Virus record (IMG/VR): IMGVR_UViG_3300010151_000010
Coordinates: 1-64,000 of that record
From: a virus
Lineage: Duplodnaviria > Caudoviricetes
Length of the DNA stretch: 64,000 nucleotides
Strand: one strand, 5' to 3'
Part shown: positions 45,067 through 54,647 of the stretch, in pieces
How the letters are laid out: each line of letters begins with the position of its first letter
Position numbering within the stretch: position 1 is the stretch's first letter
Notes under the pieces: model-generated
Databases searched by the model: none
What the model was told of the DNA's origin: nothing
Seen by the model: only the letters and a program-made list of their open reading frames with translations
Program-made: the position numbers and the translations under genes

Positions 45067-47460
45067 TCACCAATGGGTCTTGGGTTTTTGTCTCCCAATT
45101 GCCTCTCCAATATCCCAATCCAAAACCCGATATATGTTCTCAATTTTCTTTTCGATGAACTTCTGAACACACACGGCATAATCAATTTGGAAATCCTTGA
45201 CTTCATCTGCATCCCTAAATCCAACGACAAGAGTCGGAGGCATATCTTTGGGAGTTTGTAATACGTAGCACCACTGTGGGCTTTCTCCGACCCTAAAGGG
45301 ATTTTTAGGGTTGATGTGGTCATTGTAGTAATATGCCCCTCTTACAGCCATAGGCGGCGTTCTCTTGTATTCTGCCTTGCCTATTTTTCCATACGGTGAA
45401 AGCGCATCCCACGTCCAATTTCCTGCAAGAACGTCAAGTGATATTTCTCTAATCATCTTCGTGACTTCTTCTTCGTCTGCTCCTGTTCCGACTAAATCGA
45501 ATATCTTTCCTTGTATCGTCTTTGTGAGTGGAGATACGCTGGACGCTTTGTATGAGAATCCTGTCACCTTCAATTGCCCTTTCTTTTCGGGAGGCCAAAT
45601 CATAAATCCGAAGTTTTGATTTTTCACATCAGCGGTTAGCCAATAGTCGAAGTAGGCTTCTAACTCAATTTCCATCATGGGAAGTTCGTATCGAGTCCTA
45701 ATGATTTTGTTGAGGTTCTTGAGGTGAGCGTCTATCTCATCGAATGGAATCTGAATATAACCGGAATCGGTGTGGCCTGCGAGAGCCGCATAACCAGCCT
45801 TCTCGCTTTCCAGCAGAAGGGTGTTGATACACTCTCTTCCGTAGTAGGTAATAGTGCGACCCACATCGGGGTCTATCCATCCACCACTCACTTTCTTCTG
45901 AGACATATAGCCATAGATTGCGTTGGTTGCGACTTTGACAGCAGTCTGCAATAAATCCCATTTGAGTTTCTCGTCTTCGCTCTTTGCCGCCTTCATCTTC
46001 TTCTTGTAGTCTTGTCGTAATTCAAGCATACCCCAAATGATTGCAGGAATGACGCCTATGCCCGATGCCTCCTTTCTCCAATGCGTTCCGTTTCCAACGC
46101 TTCGGATTCCGTCGCCACCATTTTTCTGCTTTGTTGTCGGGCATAGATTCGCGTTATACGCTATTAGCGGGTACATGGACTTGAAGTCAATACAAGCGAC
46201 TCCTTCGTGTCGTCCACCAACGGTTTCCGGCACGTCTGCACCATCATATTGGTCGCGTTGGTGGTAGTGAGTGGTGAGAGCCTTTATGTCGGTATGGCGA
46301 GAGATACGCCCTCTTACAAAACGAGATACGTTACAGGTACTTTTGAAGACGACTCCACATTCTTTCTGCATAGCCAAATGGTAAGGTATCGCATTCACCT
46401 TTTCAGCACAATGCCTCAATAGTGTAGTGTCGCGCACACAGTAATCAACGAACTCATCGAAGTTCTCAACCCACCATGTAAATACATCAGCATCCATTTT
46501 CTTTCCCTGCTCACCTAACTCTTTGGCTAACTCTAAATCTTCTGCGATGGTTGCGAGTTTCTTGTTTCTGAATGTTCCACGTCCATTCTTCTGCCAAACT
46601 GCCTCCAATCCGCTTCCTGTATTCCACGCGAGCGCAGTGTCGTAAACGAGCCTTCCCAAAATTGGTTGAGCATTATCGTGGTAGCCATCCTTTTTACGCG
46701 GTCTTACTGTCTGCCCCAATGGACTGAGTTTGTCTGCTTTATTTCCTAAGCGTTCAACGAGTTTAGGCAAGTCGGCCCAATAGATGGCGTGGGCGATGAG
46801 AATGTCAGGGTTGCACTTATTCAAGTGCTTAAGAAAAGCGTCGAGCATTTTCTGTTCGCTTCCATAGAGGTATCTATCATACCCTCCTTCTCTTTCGATG
46901 TAGTCTATGGTGCAACCTTTCTCTCCTTCTTTCCAAGCGAATATCAATGGGCGGTTTCCCATAGTGTCGTCAATCGCAATCATGGTGATTGCCCCTTCAT
47001 GTTGACACCCTTCGGGTTGCCATTCCATATCGAAATACCAAATCCTCGGATGAAAGTCCGGTATGTCTTTGTTATCGGGGTAAGCATGAATCATCAATTG
47101 GTCTGCGTAAGGCATATCTGCCTCATAAGTCTGAATCTCACTCTTAATGTCGTAAAGGTGTATGGGATTAGGCACGTCGAGACGTATCAATGATGCTTTA
47201 TCTATCCCTTTCGCCTTAATGTCCGAGCGTACCCTAACGCCCGGATAGCGTGCAGTCAAACGAGACAATTTCTTCGGATGGGTGTTCTCCGCCACCCAAC
47301 AATGTGGGGGAATCCAAAGCGGGTTGTCAATGTCGGAGTTTTCGTTGGGATTTATCGCGTGTTCGATTACTTCCCCATCTGCTCTTCTATATCGGTAGTA
47401 AACGTGTGGATAACCAACGCCTTCCCACTCGTCATCGGGATAATAATAGTCGATTATCAT
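45067..47460 (-). CDS. polB: Family B DNA polymerase
   Basis: ExoI FDME, ExoIII YCVRD, DFKSMYP, KVATNAIYG, GHTDS; start MIIDYYY at 47460. Confidence 0.95.
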   Translation of the reverse strand: MIIDYYYPDDEWEGVGYPHVYYRYRRADGEVIEHAINPNENSDIDNPLWIPPHCWVAENTHPKKLSRLTARYPGVRVRSDIKAKGIDKASLIRLDVPNPIHLYDIKSEIQTYEADMPYADQLMIHAYPDNKDIPDFHPRIWYFDMEWQPEGCQHEGAITMIAIDDTMGNRPLIFAWKEGEKGCTIDYIEREGGYDRYLYGSEQKMLDAFLKHLNKCNPDILIAHAIYWADLPKLVERLGNKADKLSPLGQTVRPRKKDGYHDNAQPILGRLVYDTALAWNTGSGLEAVWQKNGRGTFRNKKLATIAEDLELAKELGEQGKKMDADVFTWWVENFDEFVDYCVRDTTLLRHCAEKVNAIPYHLAMQKECGVVFKSTCNVSRFVRGRISRHTDIKALTTHYHQRDQYDGADVPETVGGRHEGVACIDFKSMYPLIAYNANLCPTTKQKNGGDGIRSVGNGTHWRKEASGIGVIPAIIWGMLELRQDYKKKMKAAKSEDEKLKWDLLQTAVKVATNAIYGYMSQKKVSGGWIDPDVGRTITYYGRECINTLLLESEKAGYAALAGHTDSGYIQIPFDEIDAHLKNLNKIIRTRYELPMMEIELEAYFDYWLTADVKNQNFGFMIWPPEKKGQLKVTGFSYKASSVSPLTKTIQGKIFDLVGTGADEEEVTKMIREISLDVLAGNWTWDALSPYGKIGKAEYKRTPPMAVRGAYYYNDHINPKNPFRVGESPQWCYVLQTPKDMPPTLVVGFRDADEVKDFQIDYAVCVQKFIEKKIENIYRVLDWDIGEAIGRQKPKTHW

Positions 47461-47555
47461 TGAGCACACTTCCTACACAATAGTATCTGATTTTTGTTAG
47501 ACCACAAAGGCCCAAACTTGTGGCACTTACCACAACGTCCGATTTCCTTACTCAT
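47457..47555 (-). CDS. 32-aa C4 zinc-finger microprotein
   Basis: Hand translation MSKEIGRCGKCHK...LCRKCAQ*; ATGA overlap with polB. Confidence 0.55.
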   Translation of the reverse strand: MSKEIGRCGKCHKFGPLWSNKNQILLCRKCAQ

Positions 47556-47561
47556 GCTGGC

Positions 47562-48341
47562 TCACTCCTGCTGGTCTATGATTATCAGTAATCTCTTCAA
47601 GTTTGTTTCGGTCTGCTCTATCACAAGCCCACTCGCATCACCGAAGTGAAAACGACACGTAGTGCCGCCATCCACTAAGCCAAGGCAAGGGAGCAACCAT
47701 GGACCGAAGTTAGACTTCACAGTCTTGATACCTTTCTTCTCAAGAGTCACATCAGTGACTGTGCTTGACGCGAATATCTTAGCATCATGAGTCTTACCCG
47801 CAGACGCAGAAATCTCTTCGTTCTCAACGTCCATTGTGACACTATAATCGGCCCCATATTTCGTCACGATGTTCTTCAATGAAGCGAGTTTGAGTATCTC
47901 GCTCATCTTCGTTCTCCCATGCACCGTGTAGGTATCAGCGCCAAACGTCTTCCACTTATTCCCCTTAGCCTCCTTCACGAGTTTGGCGTAGGTCTTGACC
48001 AATTGTTGGCTTTTGCTATCCGTCACAGGAAGCGACAGTTTGAATGAGCCGCTCGCCAAATATAGCGTGCTTCCGTTCTTCACTTGTTTTATCGTCACAT
48101 CTCCACTGCACTTCTTCAAGAATGCACAGGCTTTAGTGAGGTCTGAGAAAGTAAGTGGGCCTGCCTTTGCTTTAGCGTCAGGGTAGGCGCGAGATACATT
48201 GAGGAAGAAGGTCTGATAGCCTGCGCTATAACCGATAGCGTTTGGCGTCTCAAAGACGTTGATTACTAAATCACTAATCACGTCACTGAACTGCCCTACG
48301 TGGGCAAGCCACTCCTTGCTATCAAGCGTTATCTGCGCCAT
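47562..48341 (-). CDS. Divergent sliding clamp (PCNA-like)
   Basis: 259 aa; two-domain beta/alpha pattern; next to polB and in the same module as RFC; no strong motif. Confidence 0.55.
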   Translation of the reverse strand: MAQITLDSKEWLAHVGQFSDVISDLVINVFETPNAIGYSAGYQTFFLNVSRAYPDAKAKAGPLTFSDLTKACAFLKKCSGDVTIKQVKNGSTLYLASGSFKLSLPVTDSKSQQLVKTYAKLVKEAKGNKWKTFGADTYTVHGRTKMSEILKLASLKNIVTKYGADYSVTMDVENEEISASAGKTHDAKIFASSTVTDVTLEKKGIKTVKSNFGPWLLPCLGLVDGGTTCRFHFGDASGLVIEQTETNLKRLLIIIDQQE

Positions 48342-48642
48342 CTGCGTTCACCCCATGATATTCTTCAAGAAGCGCATCGAGTTTAGGAGTAGTGCTACCC
48401 GACCTCGTCAGTCGTCTTCCACTACAATACTCAGACAGTTTTGATGCGAGCGTTTGCTCTCTCGTTCGTAGTCGCTGAATATAGATGACCGCATCCATGA
48501 GTTCGTGTTGCAGATGCTCCAACCACTCATCATGCGTGAGGTCATCACGCTCCATTGTGAGGCCACCGTATTTGTCGGTGGCTTGCACCTTCTTCGCTCT
48601 TGCTTGTATGATTGCGCACACTTCGTCTTCCACTTTGCTCAT
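48322..48642 (-). CDS. MazG-like all-alpha nucleotide pyrophosphohydrolase-like protein
   Basis: KYG..T.ERDDL...EWLEHLQHELMDAVIY. Confidence 0.55.
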   Translation of the reverse strand: MSKVEDEVCAIIQARAKKVQATDKYGGLTMERDDLTHDEWLEHLQHELMDAVIYIQRLRTREQTLASKLSEYCSGRRLTRSGSTTPKLDALLEEYHGVNADGADNA

Positions 48643-48658
48643 TCGTTCACCAACCAAT

Positions 48659-49375
48659 TCACAGCCGCTCAAGTTCCGGCAGACCCATGAAGTTAGGCTC
48701 CTCGCCCTGTCTCGTTGTTAGGATAGTTCTCCGTTGCCCTTGTAGCGTGGCGTCAGTCTTGCTCTTCTCAAAGGCGGCTGTGAATGTTTCGCCTACAACC
48801 TTCCCGTCCTCAACCTCGTCCTTGCGACGACAGTGAACAATTTGGAACATATATCCAGCACTGCTCTTCTCCCATGCAGGCGCGCCATCGCTCTCAACTA
48901 TCTTACCGCCTTTACCGTATACGTCCTTCATGTGTGTCTCCCAAAAGACTCTCACGCCTCTCTTCACCAAAGCACGACAGACGGCAGTTAATTGGTGGAA
49001 TCGGGTGACTCTAATCGCCCAATCCCATTGTTGTTGCACTCTTTCGTTAGAGCCTGCACCACGATTGTCTGCGGCCTCTATACCATCCTTAGAGAGTCCT
49101 AAGTCCTGTATTCTCATACAGTTAGTTGCTACGCTATCCCATAGGTCTATGCCGGTAATTAGAACGCCCCACAAATCCTCGTGCTTCTCCATAGCGAACT
49201 GCATGATTTTCATCGTTCGGTCATGGGTAGCAGGGTAGTCGTAGGCAGTCCTCTCTCCCTTGAGATATACCCAAGGTTCCCAACACTTGATGCCCTCATT
49301 GTTTGGATAGTATGCTGACTTGGTAGCGGAGCCACCATTGTCGAAATCAACCACCCAAAACTGCTTCGCGCTCAT
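48659..49375 (-). CDS. RecA/Sak4-like ATPase, C-terminal part without Walker A
   Basis: VVDFDNG, VLITGID, VFWETH, FEKSK; own SD GAGGTGA. Confidence 0.6.
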   Translation of the reverse strand: MSAKQFWVVDFDNGGSATKSAYYPNNEGIKCWEPWVYLKGERTAYDYPATHDRTMKIMQFAMEKHEDLWGVLITGIDLWDSVATNCMRIQDLGLSKDGIEAADNRGAGSNERVQQQWDWAIRVTRFHQLTAVCRALVKRGVRVFWETHMKDVYGKGGKIVESDGAPAWEKSSAGYMFQIVHCRRKDEVEDGKVVGETFTAAFEKSKTDATLQGQRRTILTTRQGEEPNFMGLPELERL

Positions 49376-49644
49376 GCCTTCACCTCATCAAACTCGACAA
49401 GAGTAGTTTGTCTGCCCTTCCCCTTATGCTTGTCGCAGTATCGCTGATAGAAGTCGAATATGATGGCACTCTTGCCCGTATTCTCCTTCCCCACTAACGC
49501 CATGAAGATGTGAGTCTTCGGTTTGTTAGCATTCACGTCTGCGAGTTCTGCACGTAGTTCCGCAAATGGGTCGGTGTTAGCAGCCTTGCTTGCCGACTTC
49601 TTCTCTTCCTGTGCTGCCTTTGTCTGTCCGAATCCCGCCATCAT
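49372..49644 (-). CDS. RecA/Sak4-like ATPase, N-terminal part with Walker A and PIP-like tail
   Basis: FMALVGKENTGKS; C-terminal QTTLVEF. Confidence 0.65.
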   Translation of the reverse strand: MMAGFGQTKAAQEEKKSASKAANTDPFAELRAELADVNANKPKTHIFMALVGKENTGKSAIIFDFYQRYCDKHKGKGRQTTLVEFDEVKA

Positions 49645-49919
49645 TCACCACCATCCGTATCGTCTTCGACCGTTGAGAACATTCGATTCAGTTCTCCTAT
49701 GTCTCCCTTTAATTGGGTCATTGTTTGGTCAATCGTGTTAGCGAATCGCTCAAACGAGCGTAGGTAAGCCAACCTACGAGAATGCTCTTTCTCCATTAGG
49801 GTGGCTCGCGCAAATAGTTCATCATACCGAGCGATGGTGTCATTTAACTCCATCTTAAACTTGGTCAATTCTTCCTTCAATTCATCCTTAGTCATGTCTT
49901 TTTCTTTTTTCGTTGTCAT
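49641..49919 (-). CDS. Coiled-coil protein
   Basis: Heptad-rich; start MTTKKE. Confidence 0.6.
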   Translation of the reverse strand: MTTKKEKDMTKDELKEELTKFKMELNDTIARYDELFARATLMEKEHSRRLAYLRSFERFANTIDQTMTQLKGDIGELNRMFSTVEDDTDGGE

Positions 49920-49933
49920 TTTTTTCTCTCCAT

Positions 49934-51277
49934 TCAATCGAATTGCGTTAAGTCGGTGTCTCCACCGCCCACTCGTCTTGTGGACCTTCTGTTGTCTGCA
50001 TAGACGCCCCATACTGTAATTTGTGGGAGTCTATTGCCGTCTTGCACCCTCATCTTTAATCTTCCATGAATGAGAACTGTGCTTTTCTCCGCGAAGCCCC
50101 ATAGTTCATCGTCCACGTCTATGAAGTGGAAGGGATGCGTTAAGTCGTGGCACGCGCCGCTTACCCAACATGGAATCTCGCCTCTATTCTTCGTTCCATA
50201 GGTGTCTTCGAGCGACCGTGATGTAATGGAGAGGCTAAAGTTCCTCCCCGTCTCATCCCACTCGGATTCCCTGCCCTCAGTGGACATTCTCGTGACTCTT
50301 CCCTTCACGATTATGTCTGGACCGATTGTGCCGTCGTTTCCATCTCGCCCTTTGAAGTGCCTCTTTCGTGAATCGAAGGCTTCTTCAAGTTCATGTAGCG
50401 GAACATACAAGTCATCTATTAGTTCCTCATCTGTCCATAATTTGAATGGGTTGAGAAGGCTTCTTTCGCTTTCTGGACACCACTCGTTTGTGTATGTCAT
50501 AGTTTCCGAGAAATTGAAGTTCGTTCCAAGCACGTCTTGGAATGCCTCGTTCTTCGATGTAGGTAGTCTCACCTGTATCTCCACAGGCACGCCAACGTGT
50601 ATTGGTAAGTGTGCGTTAGTGCCGGTCAAGTCCACTCGCCAAGGCTTTATCTCGCCTTGATTCAAGAATGCTCCCTTCTCGTTGCCCAAGAAGCGGTAAT
50701 ATCGCCCCATTCTTACACATGGATATGGTCGTCCTGCCTTCGATAATAGACATAGCCACTCATCTCCGACCTTGAAGCCCATAGTAGGCTCTTCCTCAGA
50801 AGTTTCCTCAGTCACTATCTGCTTGAGATTCGTGCTGATACACCATACGTCTCCTTCGACGTAGTAATGCCCCACGAGGCCAGACGAAAGTGCTTCGTTA
50901 GCGTCATCTGTCCATCTTTGTGTAGCGTTCCTAACTGCCCATCCGTTCCTGTCGTTCATCTTGTCTTCAACACCGAGCCATTCACCAACGAAGGTAAGCG
51001 TCTCTCCGCCTCCGCCGCTCACATTGGACTTTCGGTCCTCCATGAACATCATCTCGCTCCAATCAATCAGAAGGTCTGTGTCCTCTTTTTGCCAATCGTC
51101 GCAACCGTATGTTGTGGCTATGTGCTTAGTGTAGGCCGCTACGACCTTCTCGACGCTCTCGCCGGTCCTTTCGGCCTGCATTTTGAAGCGTTCCATGACC
51201 TCGGAAGGCCACTCCTTCTGTTCCTTCTCCGTTTTACTAAACGGATTCTTGCTATCTGTCTTCTTTTCTTCATTCAT
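49934..51277 (-). CDS. Putative RPA/SSB-like OB-fold protein
   Basis: C-terminal IIVKGRVTRM...IPCWV...VLIHGRLK...ITVWGVY; flexible tail ending DLTQFD; next to RFC. Confidence 0.55.
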   Translation of the reverse strand: MNEEKKTDSKNPFSKTEKEQKEWPSEVMERFKMQAERTGESVEKVVAAYTKHIATTYGCDDWQKEDTDLLIDWSEMMFMEDRKSNVSGGGGETLTFVGEWLGVEDKMNDRNGWAVRNATQRWTDDANEALSSGLVGHYYVEGDVWCISTNLKQIVTEETSEEEPTMGFKVGDEWLCLLSKAGRPYPCVRMGRYYRFLGNEKGAFLNQGEIKPWRVDLTGTNAHLPIHVGVPVEIQVRLPTSKNEAFQDVLGTNFNFSETMTYTNEWCPESERSLLNPFKLWTDEELIDDLYVPLHELEEAFDSRKRHFKGRDGNDGTIGPDIIVKGRVTRMSTEGRESEWDETGRNFSLSITSRSLEDTYGTKNRGEIPCWVSGACHDLTHPFHFIDVDDELWGFAEKSTVLIHGRLKMRVQDGNRLPQITVWGVYADNRRSTRRVGGGDTDLTQFD

Positions 51278-52250
51278 TTTTCTTCACCTTTTCTCTCATT
51301 TTAGCCACCGCATAATCGCAGTAGGAGTAGTCATCGCCGGGCCATGTGTATCTATGCGTCATCACGTCGCCGTATGCCGCCATTATATCCCATATAGAAT
51401 CGAGGTTATCCTCTTCATCAAAGTAATCGTATATGTTCAGATAGAAGTTCCTCATTACTTGATGTAAGGAACGCCCGTTCTTGAGCATCTCATGGAAGTT
51501 ATTGCGCACTTTCCACCACTCGTCTCCTATGGCGTGGGCAATCGCATCCTCACCCATTGTTTCCTCTAAGCGCGATAGTCTCTCTCCTAATTGCTCTATA
51601 TCAATTGAATCGAGGAACATGATAGATGCACGCATATCACCGTTCATGAGTTCAATCAGATTCTGAAGTTTCTCGACTAATTTCCTTCTTTCATCTGTCG
51701 AATACTCAGCACGAATCTCAAGCAGACATTCATGGGGTAGCACTGAGAGTAGTCTCATCGCTCCCGGTCCTGCTGGCACAGGCGTAAACGCATACGCTTT
51801 GCATCGTGAGCGTATGGCTGGGCGTATCTTCTCTAATTCGTTGCACGTCATTATGACCATCGCATTGTGACTATACTTCTCTATCAATTGTCTCATAGCG
51901 TCTTGCGCGCTTGGTGTGAGGCCGTCTGCCTCATCGAGTAGGATGATTTTTCTCGGCGTTCCGAGAGGTTTGCTACGCATCGCAGACTTGAGTTCGTTGC
52001 GAATGAAGTCTATGCCCCTATCGTCGCTGGCGTTGCTCTCGATGAAGTTCATATCATTAAACCAATCATCGAGCAGTGTTCGCGCTATGACATGAGCCGA
52101 ACTCGTCTTACCCGTTCCCGGAGGCCCATAGAAGAGAAGGGCTTGAGGCCAATCATATGTATCGGCCCACCCATTTACGTCTGCAACGAGTTCGTCCAAC
52201 CCAACCAATTCGGTCAGGGTTTTCGGTATCGCCATTTCTGCGAGGTCCAT
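51270..52250 (-). CDS. rfcS: Replication factor C small subunit (clamp loader)
   Basis: GPPGTGKT, NASDDRGID, LDEAD, IRSRC. Confidence 0.93.
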   Translation of the reverse strand: MDLAEMAIPKTLTELVGLDELVADVNGWADTYDWPQALLFYGPPGTGKTSSAHVIARTLLDDWFNDMNFIESNASDDRGIDFIRNELKSAMRSKPLGTPRKIILLDEADGLTPSAQDAMRQLIEKYSHNAMVIMTCNELEKIRPAIRSRCKAYAFTPVPAGPGAMRLLSVLPHECLLEIRAEYSTDERRKLVEKLQNLIELMNGDMRASIMFLDSIDIEQLGERLSRLEETMGEDAIAHAIGDEWWKVRNNFHEMLKNGRSLHQVMRNFYLNIYDYFDEEDNLDSIWDIMAAYGDVMTHRYTWPGDDYSYCDYAVAKMREKVKKNE

Positions 52251-52259
52251 GATTCTCTA

Positions 52260-52282
52260 TACTATCTTCGTTTAAATACCAA
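52260..52282 (-). promoter_or_regulatory. Conserved 23-bp element, copy 2
   Basis: Exact copy; TATTTAAA begins 28 nt upstream of the RFC ATG. Confidence 0.85.
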
Positions 52283-52700
52283 AGGCATTTTCAAGCATCT
52301 CTTTTTCATTATCGAATGACTCAATCCAATTAAGGAAATCCGCGTCATTTGCAGATTTGCGCGGAATGGGATTTGCAGTGACCCATTCCATCATATTCAA
52401 TCCCGCCCTATCTGTTATCGCTTCGCTCCATTGGCGATTCAAGAGATGAAACCACTTCTCTATCTCTTCGCGCTCTTCGTATTTCTCCTTGAGTTCAATA
52501 CCGAAAGGTGCGAGAAATATCTCCACACATTGTAATTGACTGCCCGTTCCCGTTTTGAATAAAGAGCGCCAGCATATCCTTCTTCTCACACGATAACCCC
52601 ATCGAGCGTCAGCCCTCTTTTCGACCCACGTTCTAAAGCGTATCTCCGTTAGGATGATGCCCAACCCCATCCATTCCTCGCGTCTGTCGTTAGTTTGCAT
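52272..52700 (-). CDS. Hypothetical protein, possibly degenerate LAGLIDADG fold
   Basis: WMGLGIILTEIRFRTWVEK...WGYRVRRRI helix followed by a basic beta hairpin. Confidence 0.45.
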   Translation of the reverse strand: MQTNDRREEWMGLGIILTEIRFRTWVEKRADARWGYRVRRRICWRSLFKTGTGSQLQCVEIFLAPFGIELKEKYEEREEIEKWFHLLNRQWSEAITDRAGLNMMEWVTANPIPRKSANDADFLNWIESFDNEKEMLENAFGI

Positions 52701-53949
52701 CTATGCCCACCAAATCCACATACTGCGTCAAGTCAGATATACCCATATCACTCATCACCTCAACGAGAGATGGCTCGCTCAGTGTGTTTGTCCTCCTATC
52801 CACAAAAGGAGAACTCACGCCTAAGACGATGCAAACATCATCGGAGATTTCTCGCCACGACTTTGCTTCTTCTGTATTAGAGCCAATCATTCTTTCTATG
52901 TTGAATATCACTGCCGCTCGTTCTGAGGGTATTTGAACCGTGAGTAGTCCAACATCAATGTATTCGTCTCCATCAAGTGCGTGTAATTTCACGTATAGCG
53001 CATCGCCAGATTTGTATGATGCTATGCGTAGTTTACTGATATGTGATTGCCTTACGAGAATATACCCTCCATATTCCGTTGGAGAGAATGCTCCTGTATT
53101 TGGAAACCTTATCGTGCCTTCTCGCTTGACTATGCTTTCCCAAGAGGGTATCATCTCAGGCCACGCTATGTCTGCATCTTCATGTGAGTCAGCATATTTG
53201 ACGAGTCGCTCTTTGAGAGGAAGGGTTGGGTATTCGGGATATGCTATATCGGTAATTGTCTTTCCTACTTTTTCTATAATTATGTTTTTATCTTCGTCGT
53301 ATTCGACTGTGACTGTGCCGCTCGGTATCGCTTGAAATGTATCTAAGGCAACCGTTGTATATTCATTCCAAGCCTTCCATTTACGCTTACGTAATCCAGC
53401 AGTCGGCTTCTCATACCACCGTTTAGGGTCGAGAAGGGCATCTGTATTCCCATATAAGGAGGTGATTATTTCAGAATCTGTGAGGAAAGACCGGCTGTTA
53501 GTTATCGTTTCGTGCGGCACTTTGGGATTGAGAGACTTGAGAAAACGCAAGGAAGAGATAGGCATTCGTTTGCCTAAGACGCTATCCCAAAATAGGTGCG
53601 CATCTATTCCATCCATCTGCTTGCTTAGGGAAAGGAACGAGAATGAGGTTGTGGTGGTCGCATTCCTAACGCGGAGTGCTTCTTCTAACGACCACTCGCT
53701 TGAATTAGAGGCACTGCTTTCAGACGCAAGTAAAATCGGTATACTGCTCGCCTCTAAGGACATAAGGACTTCGTATGGAACGCCTAATTCGTTAGCCACT
53801 TTGAAAACTAATTGTCTTTCGGTCAAGGTTTTATCGGGAAACAAAAGAGCATATGCTTGTCTTGCTTCAGCCTCGTTCAGCGTTAGCGTTAGTTTGGAAT
53901 CGCCTAAGCGTATGCGTTCGCATACAATTGCTAACTCACTGAAGCGCAT
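52690..53949 (-). CDS. Degenerate ATP-dependent DNA ligase-like protein
   Basis: MRFSELAIVCERI ligase-like N-terminus; OB-like C-terminus (LDGDEYIDVG); no KxDG found. Confidence 0.55.
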   Translation of the reverse strand: MRFSELAIVCERIRLGDSKLTLTLNEAEARQAYALLFPDKTLTERQLVFKVANELGVPYEVLMSLEASSIPILLASESSASNSSEWSLEEALRVRNATTTTSFSFLSLSKQMDGIDAHLFWDSVLGKRMPISSLRFLKSLNPKVPHETITNSRSFLTDSEIITSLYGNTDALLDPKRWYEKPTAGLRKRKWKAWNEYTTVALDTFQAIPSGTVTVEYDEDKNIIIEKVGKTITDIAYPEYPTLPLKERLVKYADSHEDADIAWPEMIPSWESIVKREGTIRFPNTGAFSPTEYGGYILVRQSHISKLRIASYKSGDALYVKLHALDGDEYIDVGLLTVQIPSERAAVIFNIERMIGSNTEEAKSWREISDDVCIVLGVSSPFVDRRTNTLSEPSLVEVMSDMGISDLTQYVDLVGIDAN

Positions 53950-54256
53950 CGTCTATCAAATGCGGAACGGAAGACGCCCACTTATTGGGGTTTGGCTTTG
54001 TTTTTTCCCCGAATATCCTCATGGTTGCTTTCTCCACGTCCTTGATGCTTACCTTCGTGTTATGTTGCTTGCGCGTCATTAGGAATATACAATCAATTAA
54101 CAGGCATTTGTTTGTTCTCCTATTGGAGTAGTGAGAGTTATTTCGCACTTGGTTATACAATGTATACGCCGCATTGACTTGAGAAGGCTTCAAGCCCAAT
54201 TCCATACCTAACGAGTAAATCGAGGCTTCCATAAACTTAGACTCATGGATTTCCAT
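53936..54256 (-). CDS. Stand-alone TFB/TFIIB cyclin-repeat protein
   Basis: SLGMELGL...V..A..LY...R......DCIFL..R.....SIKDV resembles one TFB core repeat. Confidence 0.6.
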   Translation of the reverse strand: MEIHESKFMEASIYSLGMELGLKPSQVNAAYTLYNQVRNNSHYSNRRTNKCLLIDCIFLMTRKQHNTKVSIKDVEKATMRIFGEKTKPNPNKWASSVPHLIDDALQ

Positions 54257-54260
54257 TTAA

Positions 54261-54575
54261 TCACCTATCGTTGATGAAGGTGTATGCTACGAGACTCCAC
54301 ATTTCGTTGTATAGTGCTTTCAATTGCTTATCCTTAACTGAGTTTTTGAAATTGGTATAACCTGTTTCTTTCAATCTATTCTTCACTGCTTCTCCGACTT
54401 CTTCTCTCGGTATGTATGCCCTATATGGGTAATCTGCTAAGGAGTCCTTGAAGTAGTCGCATTTTGGAAATACGTTAGTAAGGTGAGTTAATTTTCTTGC
54501 TCTCACTAACAGTGTTTCATCATCATTGTAGTTCTTCACTATACTCAACCAACCATCATTCAATCCTATCCACAT
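54261..54575 (-). CDS. Phage-type hypothetical protein
   Basis: MWI...G.LSIV, LLVRAR, DYPYRA, Y.NFK pattern. Confidence 0.7.
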   Translation of the reverse strand: MWIGLNDGWLSIVKNYNDDETLLVRARKLTHLTNVFPKCDYFKDSLADYPYRAYIPREEVGEAVKNRLKETGYTNFKNSVKDKQLKALYNEMWSLVAYTFINDR

Positions 54576-54600
54576 TCTTCTCTATCTCCTATACCCTCTA

Positions 54601-54623
54601 TACTATCTTCGTTTAAATACCAA
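54601..54623 (-). promoter_or_regulatory. Conserved 23-bp element, copy 3
   Basis: Exact copy in the intergenic region upstream of 54575. Confidence 0.85.
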
Positions 54624-54647
54624 ACATCTGAGCGGCGGCGAAGCCAA

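Noticed and set aside
45067-47460. Intein or inactivation in PolB
   Set aside because: Length is normal, motifs are contiguous and the catalytic Asp residues of motifs A and C are present
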